Shown one piece after another: positions 18,487 through 27,715 of a DNA stretch of 64,000 nt. The stretch is taken from contig JAOAFV010000017.1 of the NCBI GenBank assembly GCA_026416095.1, forward strand, positions 64,146 to 128,145, given 5' to 3'. Position 1 is the first letter of the stretch, and each line of letters starts with the position of its first letter. This DNA is from Bacteroidales bacterium. GTDB taxonomy: Bacteria > Bacteroidota > Bacteroidia > Bacteroidales > GWA2-32-17. Under the pieces are notes generated by a model, which saw only the letters and a list, made by a program, of their open reading frames with translations, was not told where the DNA came from and searched no databases. Made by a program: the position numbers and the translations under genes.

Positions 18487-19677
18487 ATGTTAACAATAAA
18501 AGGAAAATATACCGAAGCAATAATTTTTATCGAAGAGCTTGAAAAAGAATGTATTCAACAAATAGAAACCATAGTTAATCATCCGGCATTTACTAATCCT
18601 GTAAGAATAATGCCAGATGCACACAGTGGTATTGGAAGTGTTATTGGCTTTACAATGAAACTAACCGATAAGGTAATACCAAACGTTATTGGAGTTGATA
18701 TTGGATGTGGAATGCTAAGCACTCGTTTTATATCTAAAAAACAAATTAGCTTAAGCGACTTTGACAAACTCGTAAAACGAAAAATTCCAATGGACATGAA
18801 CGTGCATAAACACGATATCCCAGATAATTTTGATTTTGATGAACTTAACAACAGAATTCGCAATTTTGTAAAAGCATATAATAAGAGTTTTAAAAAAAGT
18901 TATTCACCAGTCACTGTTAACGATAAGTGGTTAAAAGATAAATTTAAACAAACTAACTTTCCACCAGAAAAGTTTTATAGATCGCTTGGAACGCTTGGCA
19001 GTGGTAATCATTTTATAGAACTTGGAAAAACACAAAACAAAAATGAATATTTTTTAACAATACATACTGGCTCTCGTCATTTCGGTAATAAAATTGCATC
19101 GTATTGGCAACAAGTAGCCAAAAAAGAAACATCAAATAAAAACATACCAGGTGTATTAGCATACTTGACAGATGATAATGCTTTTGAATATTTAATAGAT
19201 ATGGTAATTTCACAATATTATGCTCACGTAAATCGTAAAACAATATTAGATATTATTACCAAAGAGTACGATTGGGAAATTACCGAAACAATAGAAACAA
19301 TCCATAATTACATTGATTTCAACGATTTTATTATACGCAAAGGAGCAATACGCTCGTATAAAAACGAAAAAGTAATTATACCATTAAACATGCGAGATGG
19401 CATATTAGTTTGCGAAGGTAAATCAAATAGCGATTGGAATTATTCTGCTCCGCATGGCGCAGGTCGCATAATGTCGCGTAATAAAGCAAAAGAAAAAATT
19501 ACACTCGAAGAATTTCGTAAAAGTATGGAAGGTATATATTCCACATCTATAAACAAACATACTATCGACGAAAGCCCTTTTGCATATAAAGATCCTAAAA
19601 TAATCGAAAAATCTATATTACCAACTGTAAATATTTTAGAAAAAATTAAACCTTTGGTTAATATTAAAGGTTTCTGA
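18487..19677 (+). CDS. rtcB: RtcB-family RNA 3'-phosphate/2',3'-cyclic-phosphate ligase
   Basis: All signature blocks are present: MPDAHSGIGSVIGF, GVDIGCGM, GSGNHFIE, HTGSRHFG, IHNYI, and SAPHGAGR (the His that is guanylylated in characterised RtcB). Confidence 0.9.
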   Translation: MLTIKGKYTEAIIFIEELEKECIQQIETIVNHPAFTNPVRIMPDAHSGIGSVIGFTMKLTDKVIPNVIGVDIGCGMLSTRFISKKQISLSDFDKLVKRKIPMDMNVHKHDIPDNFDFDELNNRIRNFVKAYNKSFKKSYSPVTVNDKWLKDKFKQTNFPPEKFYRSLGTLGSGNHFIELGKTQNKNEYFLTIHTGSRHFGNKIASYWQQVAKKETSNKNIPGVLAYLTDDNAFEYLIDMVISQYYAHVNRKTILDIITKEYDWEITETIETIHNYIDFNDFIIRKGAIRSYKNEKVIIPLNMRDGILVCEGKSNSDWNYSAPHGAGRIMSRNKAKEKITLEEFRKSMEGIYSTSINKHTIDESPFAYKDPKIIEKSILPTVNILEKIKPLVNIKGF

Positions 19678-20803
19678 AAAAGTTGGAATTTTTATTTTTT
19701 AATACTTCTTTCTTTTCATAAAATTCCATAAAAATTAATAAATTTTTAAGTAAAAAGGGAATAAAACTTTAGAATGAAAAATACAACAAAAAAAGATATC
19801 TTAAATTTAGTAGAAAAGAGATAACAAATATTTTAAAAAGAAATTTTAAAAAAATGTGATATAACAAGATAGAAAAATCGCCGATAAAATCTTAGTACTG
19901 TTGAGAGAATAGTAATCATTCCAAAATACTACTTTAATTTCATGTAGCTAAGATAATATAAGCTATTGTCATCTAAAATATGAAAACAGTAAATCTAGTC
20001 CAATAATAAAAAAGAACAAAAAATTAAGAATTATGCAAAGATAATTAAATTGGGTACAGACAAGATGTAAGCTTTAATACGATCAATGATACTGAAGTTA
20101 ATTATTAAATAAACATCGAAATCATAGTAAAAAAGACCTTTACAAAACTCTTTGTAAAAGCCTCTTAGAATTTTGGAAAACATTGATTTTTAATTATATT
20201 AATTATAAAGAAGTTATTTTCAGATAGTTTCGCTAAGGTTTCAAACAGTGTTTTTTAAAAAAATATGTTTCAGGCGTTATGTGTGCAAGTCTAAAAGGAA
20301 TAATTATATAAAAAAGATACAAGAAATAATTAGGTTTCAGTTTAAAAGGTGGAAGAAAATATGTAGAAAATTTAGCTAATACAATTAAAGGTTTGTTTCT
20401 TTAAGATAAAAACTTATACAGCATAAGCGTATATAACACAAAATTAGCTAAGATACTCCAAAGATAAGAAAGAAAAGCAGTACATCTTACTTATAAGACT
20501 TTTTGTAAAATTATCCAATAATTTTTTCAATTAAAATATAATAAAAAACTAAATTACATCAAAATATTATGAGCCCTTGCAAATCACTTACAAAGGATAT
20601 ATTAAAGATATCTTATTTTCACAAAGACATTAATAGCAGGAAAACAGAAATTCTAAATATACACGATTAAGAAGCATATTGTTAATAAATTTTAGTTATA
20701 CAAAAGAGATTTCTTTATTACTTAACTAAAATTTACATTGTCTTTAAAATTATTAATTAAAAAACAACAAAAATTTCTTATTGTAAAAATTAAAAAAAGT
20801 ATA

Positions 20804-20811
20804 TATATTTG
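20804..20811 (+). promoter_or_regulatory. -7 box (TATATTTG) for tRNA-Pro
   Basis: The motif ends 9 nt before the first tRNA base. A TTG lies at 20781-20783, at -33-like spacing. Confidence 0.6.
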
Positions 20812-20820
20812 CATAAGAAA

Positions 20821-20894
20821 CGGGGCGTGGCGCAGTTGGCTAGCGCACTTGCATGGGGTGCAAGGGGTCGGAAGTTCGAGTCTTCTCGCCCCGA
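20821..20894 (+). tRNA. tRNA-Pro (anticodon GGG)
   Basis: Folded by hand into a cloverleaf. Acceptor stem CGGGGCG/CGCCCCG, D stem GCGC/GCGC, anticodon stem CTTGC/GCAAG with loop AT-GGG-GT, variable loop GGGTC, T arm GGAAG-TTCGAGT-CTTCT, discriminator A. No encoded CCA. Confidence 0.9.
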
Positions 20895-21123
20895 CTTCTT
20901 TCATATTTTTAACACTCTTTACATGCATTTTAAATTTTTTACTAAATATATATTAATTGATGTTATTATTTTTTAATTAGCTAATAATTCCAATTTATTA
21001 TCATAGACTCATAAAAGTTCAAATTAATTCAGACTTTTAACGAATAACCTACAATTAACAATTAATTGTTAATAAAACTACATCTTAATTAACTTATTTC
21101 CAATAAATTAATAATTTATTAAC

Positions 21124-21166
21124 AAAGTGGTAAAAAGTGGTAAAAAATGTTGTAAAGTGGTAAAAA
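21124..21166 (+). promoter_or_regulatory. Predicted MraZ operator: AAAGTGGTAAAA direct repeats on a 10-nt register
   Basis: GTGG cores sit at 21127, 21137 and 21157, with a degenerate ATGT unit at 21147. The last unit lies 13 nt upstream of the mraZ -7 box. Confidence 0.6.
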
Positions 21167-21172
21167 TAATAT

Positions 21173-21180
21173 TAACTTTG
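21173..21180 (+). promoter_or_regulatory. -7 box (TAACTTTG) for the dcw operon (Pmra equivalent)
   Basis: The motif ends 18 nt upstream of the mraZ ATG at 21199. Confidence 0.55.
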
Positions 21181-21198
21181 GGAAATAAAATCAATTAA

Positions 21199-21654
21199 AT
21201 GATTTCTTTCATCGGCGACTATTATTGTAAGATAGATTCTAAAGGAAGAATAATGATCCCTTCTACTTTAAAAAAACAAATGGGCGATGCATTTACCACA
21301 AGATTTATTATTAAAAAGTCGATCTTTGAAAAATGTTTGCTTCTTTATCCATACGAAGAATGGGAAAGACAGGTTAATATTTTAAGAAGCAAAATAAACC
21401 CCTATAATAGACAACATGTGCATTTTATAAGAGAATTTTATAAAGGAACAGCCGAAGTGTTCTTAGATAATAACAATAGAATATTAATTCCTAAAAGGCT
21501 AATAGAATGGGCAGATTTAAAAAACGAAATTGTACTTGCCGGACAGGACGATAAAATAGCAATATGGAGTAAAGAAAATTACGAAGCACAAACACTTAGC
21601 GATGATGAATTTGCTACTCTCGCCGAAAAAATATTAGGTAACAATAATGAATAA
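21199..21654 (+). CDS. mraZ: Transcriptional regulator MraZ
   Basis: 151 aa with two SpoVT/AbrB-like halves (DSKGRIMIP..., DNNNRILIP...). First gene of the dcw cluster. Confidence 0.92.
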   Translation: MISFIGDYYCKIDSKGRIMIPSTLKKQMGDAFTTRFIIKKSIFEKCLLLYPYEEWERQVNILRSKINPYNRQHVHFIREFYKGTAEVFLDNNNRILIPKRLIEWADLKNEIVLAGQDDKIAIWSKENYEAQTLSDDEFATLAEKILGNNNE

Positions 21655-22555
21655 TATATATCACATACCAGCACTACTTCCAGAAGCCATAAAGGGCCTT
21701 AACATTAAGGAAGATGGTATTTATGTAGATTTAACCTATGGTTCTGGAACTTTTACAAAAGCAATTCTCGATTCTGCTACTTCAGTTAAAGTAATAGCAC
21801 TCGACAAAGATATTGATGCCTTACAAAATAAGATAAACGATAATAGATTAACAATATTTCATGCCGATTTTAGGTATTTCCCAAACTATCTCGATTATTG
21901 CAAAATATATAAAGTAGATGGAATAATAGCCGATTTGGGCGTTTCTTGGCATCAAATCGACAACCCTCAAAAAGGTTTCTCGTACCGTTACGATTCTCCA
22001 CTTGATATGAGAATGAATTCTAAATCTTCAATTACCGCCGAATATATAATCAATAATTACTCTCTAGAACAAATTCATTATATATTACAAAACTATGGAA
22101 ATGTGTTTAACTCTTTTGCAATTGCAAAAGCAATTGTAAAAAAAAGAGAAACCAAACCAATACTTACTACCTGGCAATTAAAAGAAGCTATTATAAAATT
22201 AATTCCCCACAAAAGACTTAATAAAGAACTATCTAAAATATTTCAAGCCATAAGAATAGAAGTAAACGATGAAATTGGGGCACTAAAAGAAATGTTACTA
22301 AAAGTCCCCGAAAGATTAAAAGAAGGTGGAAGAATTGTTATTCTAACATATCACTCACTTGAAGATAAAATTGTAAAAAGCTTTTTTAAATACGGAAATT
22401 TCGATGGCGAAAATATATGCGATTTAAAAGGTAATAAATTAAAAACCCCTTTAATAGCCATTACTCAAAAACCCATTGTTCCAGATAAAACAGAAATAGA
22501 AAAAAATAAAAGAATTAGAAGTGCTAAATTAAGAATTGCCGAAAAATATGAATGA
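21647..22555 (+). CDS. rsmH: 16S rRNA (cytosine1402-N4)-methyltransferase RsmH
   Basis: HIPALLPEAI..., DLTYGSGTF, DLGVSWHQIDNPQKGFSYR..PLDMRM, and ILTYHSLEDKIVK. Confidence 0.93.
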   Translation: MNNIYHIPALLPEAIKGLNIKEDGIYVDLTYGSGTFTKAILDSATSVKVIALDKDIDALQNKINDNRLTIFHADFRYFPNYLDYCKIYKVDGIIADLGVSWHQIDNPQKGFSYRYDSPLDMRMNSKSSITAEYIINNYSLEQIHYILQNYGNVFNSFAIAKAIVKKRETKPILTTWQLKEAIIKLIPHKRLNKELSKIFQAIRIEVNDEIGALKEMLLKVPERLKEGGRIVILTYHSLEDKIVKSFFKYGNFDGENICDLKGNKLKTPLIAITQKPIVPDKTEIEKNKRIRSAKLRIAEKYE

Positions 22556-22895
22556 AAAAAAGAAATATAATTTTAACAAGCTACTAAAGGAATTCATTAG
22601 TGGTAACTTAATACATGGTGAACTTATTATTAAAAATGTCTCTTTTATTTTGTTTATAGTATTTCTTTGTACAATATTTATTGCTATACGTAATTATAAC
22701 GAAAAAATTATAAGAGAAAATGCCACCTTGCAAAAAGACGTAGAAGAATTAAAAACAGAACTTCTATTTCTTAAAGCATCATTAACAAATTGCTTAAGAA
22801 AAAGTGAAATTAACAAACAAATTAAAAATTATGAATTAAACTTTTCTATCAACAATACTCCTCCTAAAATAGTTATTGTAAAATGTCAGAAGTAA
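22548..22895 (+). CDS. ftsL: FtsL-like cell division protein (single-TM, coiled-coil)
   Basis: Position between rsmH and ftsI, one TM segment (VSFILFIVFLCTIFIAI), then a coiled-coil. The track start at 22536 is TTG; ATG 22548 overlaps the rsmH stop. Confidence 0.7.
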   Translation: MNEKKKYNFNKLLKEFISGNLIHGELIIKNVSFILFIVFLCTIFIAIRNYNEKIIRENATLQKDVEELKTELLFLKASLTNCLRKSEINKQIKNYELNFSINNTPPKIVIVKCQK

Positions 22896-24997
22896 AAAAA
22901 GAAATATTAGGAAGAATTGCTTTTGTATATATTTTAATGGGAGCATTTTCTCTTGTAATTATTTTTCAAATCATTAAACTTCAATTTTTCGAAAGAGATG
23001 TTCTTCTAAAACAAATGTATAAGTCGACTTACAAAAAAGTTATTATACCAGCAATTAGAGGAGATATTATTTCTTCAGACAATAAAATACTTGCAACCTC
23101 AATACCTTATTACGATATCTATATCGATTTCCGGGCCAATGGCTTAACAAAAGAACTATTTTTAAAAAACTTAGATTCGCTTTCTATTTGCCTTTCAAAA
23201 TTATTCCCCGAAAAAAGTAAAAACGAATATAAACAAATTCTACTAAGAGGATATAACAGAGGATATAGATATTTTAATTTATTTAAAAAAATTAGCTTCG
23301 ACCACTACAAATTACTTAAAAATTTTCCACTTTTTCGTTTAGGACAAAATAAAAGTGGATTCATTGCAGAGAAAAAATATTATAGAAGTAAATTATTCGG
23401 CGATTTAGCTTCAAGAACTGTAGGGTATACAACAGCAAATAATATAAACGTTGGTTTAGAAGGTGCATGCAATAGCTACCTTAGAGGAAAAAATGGTATA
23501 AAATTATTACAAAAATTACCTGGAAATATATGGGTACCTGTTAGTTCCGAAAATAACATTGAACCACAAGATGGTTTCGATGTAGTAACTACCATCGACT
23601 TAGATATTCAAGATATTGCTAACGAAGCACTTTACAAAGCATTAGAATTAAATAACGCCGATTATGGTTGTGCTATTGTAATGGAAGTAAAAACAGGTAA
23701 AATAAAAGCAATTGTTAACCTTGAAAAAGATACTATATCAGGCGCTTATACAGAAAAATATAACTACGCAATTGGTCAAAGAATTGAGCCAGGTTCTACA
23801 TTTAAATTATTTTCGTTAATGTGTGCTCTCGAAGAAGGAGTTGTAAAAATAACTGATACAATTAATACAGGTAATGGCGAAATAAATTACTTCGGCATAA
23901 AAATGAAAGATTCAAAAGAGGGTGGTTATGGCAAAATTTCTGTAGCTGAAGTGTTTGCTTATTCATCTAATGTTGGTATTTCAAAAATTATATACGATAA
24001 TTTTGCCCAAAATCCAAAGCAATTTATAAGTCGTTTATACGCAATTAAACTACACGAAAAACTAGGTCTTGATATAAAAGGAGAAGCAACTCCCTTAATT
24101 AAAGACCCTTCAGATACAACATGGTACGGAACTTCTCTTCCATGGATTTCAATAGGTTACGAAATTAAATTAACTCCACTACAAATATTATCGTATTACA
24201 ATGCAATTGCAAACGATGGTTCTTTAATGAAACCTCTATTGATTGAATATTTGAAACACAAAAACACTATTATTAAAAAATTTGAGCCTACCGTACTTAT
24301 ACCTTCAATTTGTTCTGAAAATACTTTAACCGATTTAAAATACATGCTTGAATTAGTTGTAGAAAAAGGAACTGCAAAAAACATACAATCAAAACTTTAC
24401 AAAATAGCAGGTAAAACAGGTACAGCTCAAATAGCAAAGGGTAAATTTGGATACAAAGATAATAATTCAAGAAAGTCTTATATATCGTCGTTTGTTGGGT
24501 ACTTCCCTGCCGATAACCCACGTTACAGCTGCTATGTTATGATTTCAAATCCCCAAAAAGAATATTACGGGGCTTTAGTGGCCGCTCCCGTCTTTAAAGA
24601 AATTGCCGATAACATTTATTTTTCAAAAATCGAATTCTATGAGAATTTTTCAACCAATAAAATGCTTAATTATATTAGTCTGTTTACTAAAGTTAATTTC
24701 GACGATATGTTGAAATTAAAAAAATTCTTTAATCTTTCTATAAACCAGCAAATTCCAACCCAATTTGCAATTGTTAATTGTAAAAATAATAAAATTATTG
24801 CTAAACCTTTTCAAATTAAAGAAAATAAAATGCCCGACGTAAGAGGAATGAATATTAAAGATGCTCTTTTCATTCTAAATAATATGGGTTTAGAAGTTAA
24901 ATTCAGAGGTAGTGGAGAAATAATAAACCAAATACCACTCCCCAACATGCCTGTAAATAAAAACGATATTGTTTATCTTGAATTAAAATACCTATGA
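22883..24997 (+). CDS. ftsI: Class B penicillin-binding protein / septal transpeptidase FtsI with C-terminal PASTA domain
   Basis: STFK, SSN and KTGT motifs (GSTFKLFS, YSSNVG, GKTGTAQ). PASTA-like tail MPDVRGMNIKDALFILNNMGLEV. Confidence 0.92.
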   Translation: MSEVKKEILGRIAFVYILMGAFSLVIIFQIIKLQFFERDVLLKQMYKSTYKKVIIPAIRGDIISSDNKILATSIPYYDIYIDFRANGLTKELFLKNLDSLSICLSKLFPEKSKNEYKQILLRGYNRGYRYFNLFKKISFDHYKLLKNFPLFRLGQNKSGFIAEKKYYRSKLFGDLASRTVGYTTANNINVGLEGACNSYLRGKNGIKLLQKLPGNIWVPVSSENNIEPQDGFDVVTTIDLDIQDIANEALYKALELNNADYGCAIVMEVKTGKIKAIVNLEKDTISGAYTEKYNYAIGQRIEPGSTFKLFSLMCALEEGVVKITDTINTGNGEINYFGIKMKDSKEGGYGKISVAEVFAYSSNVGISKIIYDNFAQNPKQFISRLYAIKLHEKLGLDIKGEATPLIKDPSDTTWYGTSLPWISIGYEIKLTPLQILSYYNAIANDGSLMKPLLIEYLKHKNTIIKKFEPTVLIPSICSENTLTDLKYMLELVVEKGTAKNIQSKLYKIAGKTGTAQIAKGKFGYKDNNSRKSYISSFVGYFPADNPRYSCYVMISNPQKEYYGALVAAPVFKEIADNIYFSKIEFYENFSTNKMLNYISLFTKVNFDDMLKLKKFFNLSINQQIPTQFAIVNCKNNKIIAKPFQIKENKMPDVRGMNIKDALFILNNMGLEVKFRGSGEIINQIPLPNMPVNKNDIVYLELKYL

Positions 24998-26454
24998 AAA
25001 CAATAAAAGAAATATTAGATGTTATTAAACCTATAGAAATAAAAGGTACAATAAACAACGATAGAATAAATAAAATCTTTATAAATTCTACCGAAGTTAA
25101 ACATAATTCTTTATTTATTGCAATAAAAGGTAACAATCAAGATGGTCACAATTATATAGACGATGCTATAAAGAACGGAGCAAAATTTATATTGTGCGAG
25201 AATTTTCCATCAAATACAATGTCGGATGTCTTATATATCAGAGTAAACAACACTCAAAAAATAGCAGGCGAAGTTGCTGCTGCTTATTACGACTATCCTT
25301 CAAAAAAATTAAAAGTAGTAGGTGTAACAGGTACAAATGGTAAAACTACAATTGCCACTCTTTTATACAGATTAGCTAGACTAATGGGGAAAAAAGCAGG
25401 TTTATTTTCGACAATAATAAATTATGTCGATTCTAAACTTTATAGAACCACTAATACAACTCCTAACCCTGTTGAAATTCAACGTTTAATGAATAAAATG
25501 GTAGAAGCAAAATGCACTCATTGCTTCATGGAAGTTAGCTCGCACGCAATTGTACAACATCGCATAAACGGAATACATTTTACAGGCGGAATTTTCACCA
25601 ACCTTTCGCACGACCATTTAGATTACCATAAAACATTCGACGCCTACTTAAAAGCTAAAAAAACATTTTTCGATAACCTGCCAGAAAGTGCCTTTGCCTT
25701 AACAAATATCGACGATAAAAACGGTAAAATAATGGTACAAAATACCAAAGCAAAAATTTACACTTATGGGCTAAAAAATTTTGCCGATTTCAATGCAAAA
25801 ATCTTAGAAAAACATATAGATTCAACTCTTATAAAAATAAAACAAAAGGAATTATGGACAAAATTAATAGGCACACATAATGTTTATAACATACTTGCTA
25901 TTTACGCTTGCTCTGTGCTTCTGGGCTTTAACGAAGATTTAATACTTTCTAATATTTCTTTACTTGATCCTGTCGATGGTAGATTAGAACTAATAAAATC
26001 TAATAACGGAATAAACATTTTTATTGATTATGCCCACACTCCCGATGCTTTGTTTAATGTGCTTAAAACTTTAAACGATATAAAAAAAGAAAATTCTAAG
26101 ATTATTGTTGTTGTTGGAGCAGGTGGTAATAGAGATAAAACTAAAAGACCAGAAATGGCAAAAGTATCTGCCGAAATGAGTTCTACCTTAATTCTAACTT
26201 CCGATAACCCTCGGAATGAAAAGCCCGAAGATATTATTAACGACATGAAATCGGGACTCGACGAAAAACTAAGCGAAAAAACTCTTGTTATTATAGACAG
26301 AAAAGAAGCAATAAAAACAGCTATAAAACTAGCTCAAAAAGACGATATAATACTAATCGCTGGAAAAGGCCATGAAACATATCAAGAAATTAATGGTATT
26401 AAATATTATTTTAATGATAAAGAAGTTGTAAAAAATTTTATTAGAGAAATATAA
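24994..26454 (+). CDS. murE: UDP-N-acetylmuramoyl-L-alanyl-D-glutamate--2,6-diaminopimelate ligase
   Basis: GVTGTNGKTT P-loop and the TSDNPRNE (DNPR) motif. ATGA start/stop overlap with ftsI. Confidence 0.92.
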   Translation: MKTIKEILDVIKPIEIKGTINNDRINKIFINSTEVKHNSLFIAIKGNNQDGHNYIDDAIKNGAKFILCENFPSNTMSDVLYIRVNNTQKIAGEVAAAYYDYPSKKLKVVGVTGTNGKTTIATLLYRLARLMGKKAGLFSTIINYVDSKLYRTTNTTPNPVEIQRLMNKMVEAKCTHCFMEVSSHAIVQHRINGIHFTGGIFTNLSHDHLDYHKTFDAYLKAKKTFFDNLPESAFALTNIDDKNGKIMVQNTKAKIYTYGLKNFADFNAKILEKHIDSTLIKIKQKELWTKLIGTHNVYNILAIYACSVLLGFNEDLILSNISLLDPVDGRLELIKSNNGINIFIDYAHTPDALFNVLKTLNDIKKENSKIIVVVGAGGNRDKTKRPEMAKVSAEMSSTLILTSDNPRNEKPEDIINDMKSGLDEKLSEKTLVIIDRKEAIKTAIKLAQKDDIILIAGKGHETYQEINGIKYYFNDKEVVKNFIREI

Positions 26455-26459
26455 AGTAT

Positions 26460-27713
26460 ATGTTATATTTTTTGGTAAAGTATTTAAACACATATTACGA
26501 TATACCAGGTGGAAGGTTGTTTAATTATTTATCGTTTAGATCGGGCATGGCTATAATTACATCTCTTTTAATTGCCTTATTTATTGGAAAGTACATTATT
26601 AAGTATTTAAAGAAAAAGCAAATTGGTGAAACCATAAGAGACTTAGGTTTAGATGGCCAAATGTGTAAACAAGGAACTCCTACTATGGGAGGCATCATTA
26701 TCATTACCGCTATTTTGGTTTCTACCTTACTTTTTGCAAATATTAGCAACATTTATATTATTATTTTGCTTATCACCACAATTTGGTTAGGTATTATTGG
26801 CTTCATCGATGATTATATAAAAGTTTTCAAGCATAACAAAAAAGGGCTACACGGTAAAGCAAAAATTTTTGGACAGATAGTCCTTGGTATTTTTATTGGC
26901 ACTGTTATATACTTAAACCCTAACATCGTAATTCGCGAAAAAATAAAAAAAGAATCGGTTAGCATAAGCGATGGAAAAGAAATAAGTTATTCTTACTCAC
27001 GACAAATAATTGCATTATCGGAAGATAAAAAATGCCTTAAAACCACTATTCCATTCTTTAAAAATAATGAATTCGATTATGAATACTTACTATTCTGGTT
27101 AAAAAAAGAAGAAAGATATAAATACGTGTGGATAGTGTTTATTATTGCAGTAACATTCATATTAGCTGGCGTATCAAACGGAGCAAATCTAACAGACGGA
27201 TTAGATGGATTGGCTGCAGGGACTTCATCGATCATTGGTGCAATATTAGGAATATTTGCATACGTATCTGGTAATATCATTCTTGCCGATTATTTAAATA
27301 TAATGTATATACCTTATTCAGGCGAAATGGTTGTATTTGCTTCTGCCTTTGTTGGCGCATCTATTGGTTTTCTTTGGTACAACACCTATCCTGCCCAAGT
27401 TTTTATGGGAGATACAGGAAGTTTAACCCTTGGCGGAATAATTGCTGTTTTTGCTATTCTTGTTAGAAAAGAAATACTACTTCCTATTTTATGTGCCATA
27501 TTCTTTATAGAAACCTTATCTGTAATGTTACAGGTGGCATATTTTAAATACACAAAGAAAAGATATGGCCAAGGTAAAAGAATTTTTTTAATGTCTCCAC
27601 TCCATCATCATTTTCAAAAAAAGGGAATGCCAGAACCTAAAATTGTAGCACGGTTTTTAATAGTCGCAATGATTTTTGCTGTTTTAAGTATAGTAACTTT
27701 AAAAATACGTTAG
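26460..27713 (+). CDS. mraY: Phospho-N-acetylmuramoyl-pentapeptide transferase
   Basis: Polytopic membrane protein with GTPTMGG, NGANLTDGLDGLA, MGDTGSL and SPLHHHF motifs. Confidence 0.95.
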   Translation: MLYFLVKYLNTYYDIPGGRLFNYLSFRSGMAIITSLLIALFIGKYIIKYLKKKQIGETIRDLGLDGQMCKQGTPTMGGIIIITAILVSTLLFANISNIYIIILLITTIWLGIIGFIDDYIKVFKHNKKGLHGKAKIFGQIVLGIFIGTVIYLNPNIVIREKIKKESVSISDGKEISYSYSRQIIALSEDKKCLKTTIPFFKNNEFDYEYLLFWLKKEERYKYVWIVFIIAVTFILAGVSNGANLTDGLDGLAAGTSSIIGAILGIFAYVSGNIILADYLNIMYIPYSGEMVVFASAFVGASIGFLWYNTYPAQVFMGDTGSLTLGGIIAVFAILVRKEILLPILCAIFFIETLSVMLQVAYFKYTKKRYGQGKRIFLMSPLHHHFQKKGMPEPKIVARFLIVAMIFAVLSIVTLKIR

Positions 27714-27715
27714 CA

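Noticed and set aside
19684-19728. Hairpin after the rtcB stop as an intrinsic terminator
   Set aside because: It has a 9-bp AU-rich stem, a 27-nt loop and no following U-run, so it is not a convincing terminator. It is mentioned only within the non-coding tract finding.
20511-20519. oriC near parAB: looked for DnaA boxes (TTATCCACA) and parS (TGTTNCACGTGAAACA) in the AT-rich tracts
   Set aside because: Only partial matches were found (for example TTATCCAAT at 20511). There is no cluster of boxes and no parS-like palindrome, so there is no support for an origin in this window.
19678-20820. Possible CRISPR array or other regularly spaced repeats in the large non-coding tracts (also 58616..59404 and 60068..61064)
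   Set aside because: No repeat unit recurs at fixed spacing. The tracts share only isolated 10-12-mers (AAATTTAGCTAA at 20368 and 58761, GATACTGAAGT, AAAGATATCTTA). My rough estimate for sequence this AT-rich is that about one to a few such matches are expected by chance.
20722-20956. 68-aa and 72-aa ORFs overlapping the tRNA-Pro gene
   Set aside because: They read straight through a well-folding tRNA cloverleaf. One starts at a TTG in promoter sequence. Both are spurious.
20821-21198. tRNA-Pro as an integration site of a genomic island, with the flanking non-coding DNA as an island remnant
   Set aside because: There is no integrase or other mobile gene, and I found no direct repeat of the tRNA 3' end on either side. 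The downstream spacer is occupied by dcw regulatory elements.
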